Shown in pieces: positions 18,156 through 25,888 of a stretch of DNA of 32,000 nt. The stretch spans positions 97,772-129,771 of the forward strand of contig CAZHYN010000002.1 in NCBI GenBank assembly GCA_964536865.1, written 5' to 3'. Source of the DNA: an uncultured Planctomycetia bacterium (GTDB lineage Bacteria > Omnitrophota > Gorgyraeia > Duberdicusellales > 4484-171). The notes below the pieces were generated by a model, which was given only the letters and a program-made list of their open reading frames with translations, did no database searches and had not been told where the DNA came from. Each line of letters opens with the position of its first letter. The first letter of the stretch is position 1. Made by a program: the position numbers and the translations under genes.

Positions 18156-19182
18156 CTTTCAAATATTCTAAAATTTTGTCAGGTATTTTACTTACAGGTA
18201 AAATTTCATCAGCCAATTTTGCCTCTATTACTGCCCTAGGCATCCCATAAACCACACAACTTGCCTCATCCTGAGCAATTATCCTACCTCCTTTTTCTTT
18301 CACCTTCCTTGCTCCTTCTAACCCATCTTTACCCATTCCAGTAAGAATTACCACTACTATCTCACCATCAAATACTTCCGCCAAAGAAGTTAAAGTCACG
18401 TCTATCGCTGGTCTTACATAGTTTACCAATGCTGTCTCATCTAATCTTATGCAATAACCCTCTAGGGCCTTTTCTATCATCATATGATATCCTGAGGGAG
18501 CTACAAATCCTGCTCCTTTTATAAGAAAATCCCCATCTTCGGCTTCCTTTATCTTGATATTTGAATACCACGAAAGTCTCTCAGCAAAACTTCTGGTAAA
18601 TCCTGGGGGCATATGTTGAATAATCAGAAAAGTATAATCACAGTAGGAAGGAAATGTTTGCATTAAATCTAGTATGGCTTTAGGGCCACCAGTAGAAGCG
18701 CCTATTGCCACTATCTTTTTTACTGCTAGTTTCTCTTTATCAACGACTTTCTCTACCGTTAGAGAAAGAAACTTATTTAAATCTACCCTAGCAGTTAACT
18801 TAATCTTGGAGATTATTTCCTCTCTAAAATTATATAAATCTAAGGATACTTCCCCGCTAGGTTTAGGAATGAAGTCCAATGCTCCAAGTTCTAACGCTTT
18901 CATAGTAACTTTTGCCCCTCTCTGGGTATAGGCGGAGAGCATAACTACTCGTGTAGGGAAATTATGCATAAGTTCTTCTAGTACTTTCAACCCACTTATA
19001 TCAGGAAGATTTACATCCAAGGTCACTACATCGGGCTTCAGCTCTGGAATCCTTTGGAGAGCCTCTCTTCCCAACTTAGTAGATCCTACCACTTCTATTT
19101 GAGGCTCACTGGATAAAATATCTCCTATTACTTTCTGCATTAAAATTGAATCTTCTACAATAAAGACTCTTACTTTTCTCAT
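18148..19182 (-). CDS. cheB: Chemotaxis response regulator protein-glutamate methylesterase
   Basis: 344 aa. REC domain (FIVEDS, TLDVNLPD) plus a methylesterase domain with GASTGGP, QHMPPGFT and TGMGKDG. Confidence 0.92.
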   Translation of the reverse strand: MRKVRVFIVEDSILMQKVIGDILSSEPQIEVVGSTKLGREALQRIPELKPDVVTLDVNLPDISGLKVLEELMHNFPTRVVMLSAYTQRGAKVTMKALELGALDFIPKPSGEVSLDLYNFREEIISKIKLTARVDLNKFLSLTVEKVVDKEKLAVKKIVAIGASTGGPKAILDLMQTFPSYCDYTFLIIQHMPPGFTRSFAERLSWYSNIKIKEAEDGDFLIKGAGFVAPSGYHMMIEKALEGYCIRLDETALVNYVRPAIDVTLTSLAEVFDGEIVVVILTGMGKDGLEGARKVKEKGGRIIAQDEASCVVYGMPRAVIEAKLADEILPVSKIPDKILEYLKDG

Positions 19183-19676
19183 ACTTCTTTTTCTCCCTGA
19201 AACATCGTCTTTATTCTAACTTTGCCTGTATCTAAATCAAAGAAAATAGTTCTTCCGTAGCTACCCCCAGTATCCTCTCCTACAATTTTGATCCCATGAG
19301 AAGCCAAAATCTCTCTTGCCTTATCGATATTTTTACCTCCTACATTAAAAGGGCTATCTAAAGGAATAGAACTAAACATATGAGCTCCACCGAAAAGTTT
19401 TGCTACCAGTTGATGAGGTTGAACCCCCCGCTTCTTTAACTCATCAATCATAATGCCCACGGCAGAATCTACATACTTAGCAGGGTTAAACTTAGCTTTC
19501 GCATCAGCGATAGAAGGCAACATAGCATGAGCTAAAGCTCCTATCTTTTTTCTAGGTTCATAGACAGCGATACCAATACAAGATCCTAACCCCCGAGTGA
19601 CGAGTACATCTGGAAAGCTTCCTACTCTTACCTCTGCCATACCTACTTCTATAAGATTACCTTTCCTTGCCTCCAT
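19179..19676 (-). CDS. cheD: Chemoreceptor glutamine deamidase
   Basis: 165 aa. GLGSCIGI (catalytic Cys), HAMLP (His) and typical size. ATGA-type overlap with cheB. Confidence 0.9.
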   Translation of the reverse strand: MEARKGNLIEVGMAEVRVGSFPDVLVTRGLGSCIGIAVYEPRKKIGALAHAMLPSIADAKAKFNPAKYVDSAVGIMIDELKKRGVQPHQLVAKLFGGAHMFSSIPLDSPFNVGGKNIDKAREILASHGIKIVGEDTGGSYGRTIFFDLDTGKVRIKTMFQGEKEV

Positions 19677-19691
19677 GTTGAGAGATTTCTC

Positions 19692-20066
19692 CTATTCTCC
19701 TAACACTCTCCTTATAGCTTCTACAACACGAGATGGCTGAAATGGTTTTACGATAAAGTCCTTAGCTCCTGCCTGAATTGCTTCTACTACTAAAGCGTGC
19801 TGGCCCATAGCAGAAACCATTACAATTTTAGCATTAGGATCAATCCGCATAATCTCCTTTACCGCTCCAATCCCATCGATCTCTTCCATCTTAGGCATAA
19901 CAATATCCATTGTAACTAAATCTGGCTTTAACTCCTTATACTTCTCAATCGCCTCTTTACCATTCTCTGCTTCGCCACAAATTTCAAAACCTTCTTTCTT
20001 TAAGATGTCTCCTAGCATCCTACGCATGAAGAGAGCATCATCAACTATTAAGATTTTTGTCGGCAT
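19692..20066 (-). CDS. cheY: Chemotaxis response regulator CheY (paralogue 1)
   Basis: 124 aa single REC domain. Closely resembles the Thermotoga/Bacillus-type CheY that I recall from memory (ILIVDDALFMR, DPNAKIVMVSAMGQ, AGAKDFIVKPFQPSRV). Confidence 0.9.
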   Translation of the reverse strand: MPTKILIVDDALFMRRMLGDILKKEGFEICGEAENGKEAIEKYKELKPDLVTMDIVMPKMEEIDGIGAVKEIMRIDPNAKIVMVSAMGQHALVVEAIQAGAKDFIVKPFQPSRVVEAIRRVLGE

Positions 20067-20095
20067 ACTAACCTCCTTTTTAACCTCGCCCTTTT

Positions 20096-20941
20096 CTATA
20101 TCTTAACAAATATTTTATCAAGTAGACTTACAGGTTTAAAATAATTCCTTAGAGAAACACCTACACTCTCTACTTTCCCGAGAACTAAGTATCCTCCCTC
20201 CTTTAAGGACTTATGTACCTCTAAGAGAATTCTCTCGCTTTCCTCTAAACTAAAATATATTCTTACATTTCTAAAAAAGACCACATCTATAAACTTTAAG
20301 GGTGGGTCAAATAGTAAGTTGTGTTTTCTAAAAGTAACCACTTCCTTTAAAGTATCTTTAACTTGATAAAGCCCTTTGCCTAAGGGAGTAAAATACTTAT
20401 TTAAAATTAGAGGATCTACATTCCTCAAAGATCTCTCTGAGTAAATACCTTCCCTGGCTTTCTTTAAAGCTTGCTCATCAATATCGGTACCGTATATTTT
20501 TAAAACAAACTTATCGTTTATATTTATATTTTTTAACTTCTCCAAAAAAATAATTGCTAAAGAATAGGGCTCCTCCCCACAAGAACACCCAGATGACCAA
20601 CACCGTATCGTTTTCTCTCTTTGCTCTCTTTTCCTCTCTATTAGAGAGGGGATACAGATATCTCTAAACGTAGCAAAGACTTCGGGATCACGGAAAAGTT
20701 CAGAAACATTTATACTGAGGTTATCAAAAAAAATATCCCATTCTTGAGGTTGTTTTTTTAATATCTGAATATAACCCAATAAATTATCCAAACCTAAATG
20801 GCTAAGTCTTAGCTTCAGTCTGCGGGTAAGAAAGCTTTTTCTATAGGAGGTTAAGTCTATTCCTCGATGTTTCCTTACAAAATTAAAGAAAAGGTCAATC
20901 TCATGGGAAGAAAAAAAATCTTTCTTTTCCACTTCCACCAT
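20096..20941 (-). CDS. cheR: Chemotaxis protein methyltransferase
   Basis: 281 aa. N-terminal helical domain and SAM-binding IRCWSSGCSCGEEPYSLA, DIDEQALKKAREGIY and FRNVRIYF. Confidence 0.9.
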   Translation of the reverse strand: MVEVEKKDFFSSHEIDLFFNFVRKHRGIDLTSYRKSFLTRRLKLRLSHLGLDNLLGYIQILKKQPQEWDIFFDNLSINVSELFRDPEVFATFRDICIPSLIERKREQREKTIRCWSSGCSCGEEPYSLAIIFLEKLKNININDKFVLKIYGTDIDEQALKKAREGIYSERSLRNVDPLILNKYFTPLGKGLYQVKDTLKEVVTFRKHNLLFDPPLKFIDVVFFRNVRIYFSLEESERILLEVHKSLKEGGYLVLGKVESVGVSLRNYFKPVSLLDKIFVKI

Positions 20942-20945
20942 GCTT

Positions 20946-21209
20946 TTAATGTTGGGGAGCCTTTTTAACCTTCTCTATTGCCTTGGTGAGCTCTTTAACT
21001 ACATCAGCTCTAAGCTGAAGTTCAAGTTCAGCTATTTTAGTGTATACTCTCCCTTTATCGGTAACCACATATTTAGAGGGGAGATTATTTAAAGCTAAAG
21101 CCATTATATCCAATGTACACTTTTCACATTTGCATACATCGTTTCTTCTGGAAAGTAAATTTTCCAAAGTATTTTTCACTATATCCTCCATGTAATTATG
21201 GCATTCCAT
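20946..21209 (-). CDS. ComFB-family (late competence development protein ComFB-like) small protein
   Basis: 87 aa. N-Y-x-E-x-x-V start, Cys cluster CKCEKC, then DIMALALNNLPSKYV, matching the ComFB (PF10719-like) core pattern C-x-C-x-x-C-x-x-D-x-x-A-x-A-L-N-x-L-P-x-x-Y as I recall it. Confidence 0.75.
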   Translation of the reverse strand: MECHNYMEDIVKNTLENLLSRRNDVCKCEKCTLDIMALALNNLPSKYVVTDKGRVYTKIAELELQLRADVVKELTKAIEKVKKAPQH

Positions 21210-21233
21210 TATCCACCTCCTTAGAAAATAGTA

Positions 21234-21256
21234 GTATAAAATTAATTATTTTATAC
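21234..21256. promoter_or_regulatory. 23-bp perfect AT-rich palindrome upstream of the comFB-like gene (candidate operator or internal promoter element)
   Basis: GTATAAAAT (21234-21242), TAATT, ATTTTATAC (21248-21256). It lies in the 77-bp cheA to comFB gap, 25 nt upstream of the comFB-like start. Confidence 0.3.
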
Positions 21257-21286
21257 GTCAATAGAAAAATCATTTTTAACTATAAA

Positions 21287-23206
21287 TTACTTTATATTAA
21301 CTACATCCAAGATTAAAGCTATCCGACCGTCACCTAAGATAGTTCCTCCTGCAATCCCTCTTATTCTTTTAACGAAGGAACCCAAAGGTTTTACTACAAT
21401 ATCCTGCTCACCTATCACTTTATCTACAACCAGACCCATACTTTTTGTTCTACCTTCTACTATCACTACCGAGATTTCTTCCTTCTCGTAAGTAGCTAAT
21501 GTCTTCATCCCTAACTCCTTATCTAACCTAAGAATAGGAACAATCTCTTCTCTTACACGCATCACTTCTATATCTTTTATTCTTTTTAGCTCCGCTTCTT
21601 TTACCTTTACTGTCTCTCGGATGTTCATAAGAGGAATAGCATAAATCTGTTCTCCAATAACGACTAACATAGCTTTTATAATAGCTAAAGTTAAAGGTAA
21701 AGTAAGAATAAATTTTGTTCCCTTCCCTCGCTGCGTCTCCAAATCCAATCTTCCTCCCAGAGCATCTAACTTGTTACGTACTACATCTAATCCCACTCCT
21801 CGGCCTGATACATCAGTCACTTTCTCACTGGTAGAGAAACCAGGCATAGTAAGGATATCTAAAATTTGACGATAGTCATTTTTGGAAACCTCTTGAGGAG
21901 AAATTAGTCCTTTTTCTGCTGCAGCAGCTACCACCTTATCTATATCTATCCCCCTCCCATCGTCACTAATCTCTATTATAATATGACCCTTCTCTCGGGA
22001 TACTTTGATAAGTATCTTACCACGGGGGGGTTTACCTATTTTCCTTCTCTCTTGAGGAGTCTCTATTCCATGGTCTATAGCATTTCTAATAAGGTGTACT
22101 AAAGGATCACCTATCTCATCTAAAACTACCCTGTCTAACTCTATCTCACTGCCCACTATGTCTAAATCTACCTCCTTACCTTCTTTCCGAGATAGATCTC
22201 TTACAATCCGAGGGAAATTATCCAGGATATAAGAAACAGGTAAGAGCCTCATCTTCAATGCCTCATCCTGAAGAGAAGAGACCAATCTTTCGATAAGATA
22301 AGTGGTCTCTTCTAAAGCTGTATAATCCTTGCTTATTACAGTCTGAGTAAGTCTACTTTTAGTAATAGCTAACTCCCCCATCAGATTCATAATCTTATCT
22401 AATCGCTCTACCGGTATCCGCATACTCTGAATCTTCTTAATATAAGGGGTAGTTTTTCCTTTTTTTCTTTCTACTTTCTCAGCAGAAGAAGTGAATTTAG
22501 AAACTCTAATCTCCTTAACTTCTAAAATCTTAGAAACTTCTTCTTTGATTTTTTCTGGCGGTTCCTTAGTAGCCAAAAAGAAATGAAATGAATTTCCAAA
22601 TGTACCGGCTTTCAACTTATCCTCAGAAGGGATAACCTGGATTATTTGACCTAACATTCTCACTCTCTTAAGAATAAGAAAGGCCCTTGCCCCTTTAAGA
22701 AGACAGTCATCTTGCAGGGTTACTTCCACTTTTAAGAGTTCCTTATTCTCCTTCCTTAACTTTTTAATATACTCCTCATCTATGTGTGTTGGATATTCCT
22801 GAAGAACTTGAGGATATTCTTTTCTCTCTTCTTTAGAGACTAAACTACTTAACCTTACTAAATAGGAAGGAATATCTACAGATATAGGTTTCTCTTCTCT
22901 TAACTCCTCTACAACAGTAGTAAAGGCATCGATACTCTCAAAAACAACATCCATTATCTCAGGCGTCAGTGTTGATTTACCAGACCGGAAATTATCAAAA
23001 GTGTCCTCTAAATGATGAGCAAACTCTGCCAACTCTTTATATCCCATAGTTGCTGCCATCCCTTTAAGGGTATGCATATGTCGGAATATCTCATTTATGG
23101 ATTGTTCATCATGAGGATTCTTTTCTAAATTAACTAAAGCTTTATTTATCTCCTTCAGATACTCTTGGGACTCACTGAAGAATAGCTCACGATAATTCTT
23201 TTCCAT
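21287..23206 (-). CDS. cheA: Chemotaxis histidine kinase CheA
   Basis: 639 aa. Hpt domain with HMHTLKGMAATMG, N-box HLIRNAIDHGIE, G1 DDGRGID, G2 GRGVGLDVV, and a C-terminal CheW-like P5 domain (GLVVDKVIGEQDIVVKPL). Confidence 0.95.
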   Translation of the reverse strand: MEKNYRELFFSESQEYLKEINKALVNLEKNPHDEQSINEIFRHMHTLKGMAATMGYKELAEFAHHLEDTFDNFRSGKSTLTPEIMDVVFESIDAFTTVVEELREEKPISVDIPSYLVRLSSLVSKEERKEYPQVLQEYPTHIDEEYIKKLRKENKELLKVEVTLQDDCLLKGARAFLILKRVRMLGQIIQVIPSEDKLKAGTFGNSFHFFLATKEPPEKIKEEVSKILEVKEIRVSKFTSSAEKVERKKGKTTPYIKKIQSMRIPVERLDKIMNLMGELAITKSRLTQTVISKDYTALEETTYLIERLVSSLQDEALKMRLLPVSYILDNFPRIVRDLSRKEGKEVDLDIVGSEIELDRVVLDEIGDPLVHLIRNAIDHGIETPQERRKIGKPPRGKILIKVSREKGHIIIEISDDGRGIDIDKVVAAAAEKGLISPQEVSKNDYRQILDILTMPGFSTSEKVTDVSGRGVGLDVVRNKLDALGGRLDLETQRGKGTKFILTLPLTLAIIKAMLVVIGEQIYAIPLMNIRETVKVKEAELKRIKDIEVMRVREEIVPILRLDKELGMKTLATYEKEEISVVIVEGRTKSMGLVVDKVIGEQDIVVKPLGSFVKRIRGIAGGTILGDGRIALILDVVNIK

Positions 23207-23212
23207 AATGAT

Positions 23213-23818
23213 TTAAATTTCGGTAGCTTTAAGAAGAATCTCCAAGCCCTTAGGATTGGGTAGGAGAAAAAAATGTCCGGTAACTTTTGTTGTGGCTTCA
23301 CTAAACTCTGATTTTATAAGTAAAGCGTAAGGAGAAATATTACTCAATTCTATAAGAATGTAATCTACCATTGCTCCTGCCATATCCTCAATAACTTCAG
23401 GGACGGTGGGAACAAGTCCCCACTTTACAAACACGGAGAGTGCTCCCAGATAAGCGTTGGCTAGAATCACTCCTATTTCTTTAAGAGCTGAACGTTCCAT
23501 ATCAGTTATTACTCCTCCGTTAGATGACTTTCTATTAGTTAACAGAGAAGCTAATCCTAACGCATCTTTATGGGAAAAGATAAGAAGAATCACACTGGGA
23601 AAGTCACCTAGAATTCTTACAATTAACCCTACAACTAATTTCTCTTCTCCTACAATTTGAGGAACTTTCTCCACAGGAAGAAAATAAATTTCGGGGACAT
23701 TTATTTCTATTTTCTTATTGGTAAGTTGAGATAGAGCAGTAGCAGCGTTACCTGCACAGATATTCCCAATTTCTCTTAGAGCATCTTTTTGAAACTCATC
23801 GAACTTTATCTCTTCCAT
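23213..23818 (-). CDS. CheC/CheX-family protein; first active site intact, second degenerate (N to V)
   Basis: 201 aa. Site 1 reads D12-ALR-E16-IG-N19-x22-P42 and is intact. Site 2 reads S-ALK-E-IG-V-x22-P, with Val in place of the catalytic Asn. Confidence 0.85.
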   Translation of the reverse strand: MEEIKFDEFQKDALREIGNICAGNAATALSQLTNKKIEINVPEIYFLPVEKVPQIVGEEKLVVGLIVRILGDFPSVILLIFSHKDALGLASLLTNRKSSNGGVITDMERSALKEIGVILANAYLGALSVFVKWGLVPTVPEVIEDMAGAMVDYILIELSNISPYALLIKSEFSEATTKVTGHFFLLPNPKGLEILLKATEI

Positions 23819-24208
23819 CTACTTATTTTCCGAAGAGATGGCTTTCTTTATTACCTCCAAGAGCTTCTCTGCAGTAAAGGGTTTAATCACGAAGTCCTTA
23901 GCCCCATAAGCTAAAGCCTCCTGAACCAATCTCCTATCCCCCAAAGCGGAAATAACCACAATTTTTGCCTCAGGATCAAAGGATATAATTTCCCTTACTG
24001 CACTAATCCCATCCATTTCTTCCATCATAGGCATTACAATATCCAAAGTAACTAAATCTGGATTGAGCTCCTTATACTTCTGCACTCCCTCTAAGGCGTT
24101 GGATGCTTCTCCACAGATCTCAAAACCTGCCTTTACTAGAATATCCCTTATAAGATTTCTCATGAATAAAGCATCATCAACTATTAATACACGTTTCCTC
24201 TCCATCAT
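23819..24208 (-). CDS. cheY: Chemotaxis response regulator CheY (paralogue 2)
   Basis: 129 aa single REC domain (LIVDDALFMR, TLDIVMP, KIVVISALG, AKDFVIKPF). Its stop abuts the start of the CheC-like gene. Confidence 0.9.
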   Translation of the reverse strand: MMERKRVLIVDDALFMRNLIRDILVKAGFEICGEASNALEGVQKYKELNPDLVTLDIVMPMMEEMDGISAVREIISFDPEAKIVVISALGDRRLVQEALAYGAKDFVIKPFTAEKLLEVIKKAISSENK

Positions 24209-24213
24209 TACTT

Positions 24214-24241
24214 ATTATACCTTCTTCTTAAAAATCCACAA
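24214..24241 (-). promoter_or_regulatory. Candidate promoter at the head of the che operon
   Basis: On the minus strand: TTGTGG (24241-24236), a 16-nt spacer, then a perfect TATAAT (24219-24214). The -10 ends 5 nt before the ATGATG start (24208 and 24205). The -35 is weak and the background is AT-rich, so confidence is low. Confidence 0.25.
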
Positions 24242-24250
24242 TAAAAAACT

Positions 24251-25411
24251 TTACTTAGTATACTTTTTTATAAGACTCAGAGCAATTATATTCTTCTGAA
24301 TCTGATTGGTCCCTTCATATATCTGAGTAATCTTAGCATCGCGCATGAATTTCTCTATTCCATACTCACGCATATACCCGTAACCTCCAAAAATCTGCAC
24401 AGCTTCAGTAGTAACTTCCATAGCAACATCGGAAGCAAAAAGCTTTGCACAAGCAGAGGCTGCTCCAATATCCTTCTTACCTCTATCTACCATAGAGGCA
24501 ACAGCGTAAACTAAGCTTCTTGCTGCTTCTATTTTCGTAGCCATATCTGCTAGCATCCATTGAATTCCCTGAAAAGAAGTGATAACCTTACCAAACTGGA
24601 CTCTTTTGTGGGCGTACTCTACGGCTAACTCTAACGACCCTTGAGCAATACCTACCGCTTGAGCAGCTACCCCTGGTCGAGATTGCTCAAATGTCTTCAT
24701 AGTAACAATGAATCCTGTGCCCTCTTTCCCTCCTAAAAGGTTCTCTGCAGGAACTTTTGCTTCGTTAAAGATAAGCTCCCTGGTAGAAGAAGCTCTTATT
24801 CCCATCTTTTCTTCTTTCTTACCAAATTCAAAACCCCCAGCTCCTTTCTCTATAATAAAAGCAGACATTCCTCTCGGTCCTCTCTTTTTGTCAGTAACAG
24901 CAATCACGGTATAGATATCTGCTTCTCCTCCATTAGTAATAAAATGTTTAGTGCCATTAAGAATATAAGAATCACCTTCTTTCCTTGCAGTAGTCTTTAC
25001 TGCTGCAGCGTCAGAGCCTGCTTCTGGCTCAGTAAGACAAAAAGCAGCTAATTTTTCTCCCGAAGCAATACTAGGCAGATACCTTTTTTTCTGCTCTTCG
25101 GTACCAAACAAAAGGATAGGAAACATACCTAAGAAAGAGGCAGCATAAGAAGCAGCAATTCCTCCGTCTATACGAGAAATTTCTTCAGTAGCGATACACA
25201 ACTCAAGTAATCCTCCCCCCATTCCTCCATACTCTTGGGGAATACATATCCTAAAAAGATCAGACTGAGCTAAAACTTCCATAATAAAACGAGGGAATTC
25301 TTCCTTCTCATCAAACTCTCTCGATACTGGCTTAATCTTCGTTTCAGCAACTTGCCGACACAAATCTTTAAGCATTAACTGTTCTTCAGTTAACTGATAC
25401 TCCACAAACAT
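24251..25411 (-). CDS. Acyl-CoA dehydrogenase (short/medium-chain, butyryl-CoA dehydrogenase-like)
   Basis: 386 aa. FCLTEPEAGSDAA, GTKHFITNG, and the C-terminal QIYEGTNQIQ containing the catalytic Glu. Confidence 0.92.
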   Translation of the reverse strand: MFVEYQLTEEQLMLKDLCRQVAETKIKPVSREFDEKEEFPRFIMEVLAQSDLFRICIPQEYGGMGGGLLELCIATEEISRIDGGIAASYAASFLGMFPILLFGTEEQKKRYLPSIASGEKLAAFCLTEPEAGSDAAAVKTTARKEGDSYILNGTKHFITNGGEADIYTVIAVTDKKRGPRGMSAFIIEKGAGGFEFGKKEEKMGIRASSTRELIFNEAKVPAENLLGGKEGTGFIVTMKTFEQSRPGVAAQAVGIAQGSLELAVEYAHKRVQFGKVITSFQGIQWMLADMATKIEAARSLVYAVASMVDRGKKDIGAASACAKLFASDVAMEVTTEAVQIFGGYGYMREYGIEKFMRDAKITQIYEGTNQIQKNIIALSLIKKYTK

Positions 25412-25425
25412 CTCCCGCCTCCTTC

Positions 25426-25884
25426 TTAGGAATTAATCTTTAAAATAAACGCTTTCTCTTTACAATGAGGAAAATAAGGACAAGTTACACATTCACTCCA
25501 AATCTTATGAGGCAGTTTCTCTTTAGGTATCTTTTTAAAACCTAATCTTCTAAAAAACGCTCCTACAAAAGTTAAAGCAAAAACTCTCTTAACCCCTAAA
25601 GATTTAGCTTCTTCTATACATACGGAGACTAACTTCTTCCCTATACCTTTTCTTTGATATTCTTTAACCACTACCAAAGATTTAATCTCTGCTAAATCAT
25701 CCCATCCCACAATATGAAGAGCACAGGCACCCACAATTTTTCTTCTTTCTTGATAAACCCAAAAGTCTCTAATATGCTCATAGATATAGTTGAGAGAACG
25801 AGAAAGAACTTTTCCCTCTTTTGCCCAAAAGGCTATAAGACGGTAAATTTTTTCTGCATCGGTAATTTTTGCTCTTCGAAGCAT
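25426..25884 (-). CDS. GNAT acetyltransferase, ArgA-like (short N-acetylglutamate synthase-type)
   Basis: 152 aa. IR-x-A-x-x-x-D start, LAEIKSLVVVKEYQRKGIGKKL (acetyl-CoA Q/R-x-x-G-x-G motif), and the C-terminal LPHKIWSECVTCPYFPHC typical of this subfamily. Confidence 0.8.
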   Translation of the reverse strand: MLRRAKITDAEKIYRLIAFWAKEGKVLSRSLNYIYEHIRDFWVYQERRKIVGACALHIVGWDDLAEIKSLVVVKEYQRKGIGKKLVSVCIEEAKSLGVKRVFALTFVGAFFRRLGFKKIPKEKLPHKIWSECVTCPYFPHCKEKAFILKINS

Positions 25885-25888
25885 ACCT

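Noticed and set aside
20086-20098. Recurrence of CTCGCCC(T/C)T at 13807, 20088 and 30254 as a possible dispersed motif
   Set aside because: There are only three short hits. The one at 20088 lies in the cheR to cheY junction next to an RBS, with no flanking similarity. This is compatible with chance, and I cannot run the statistics.
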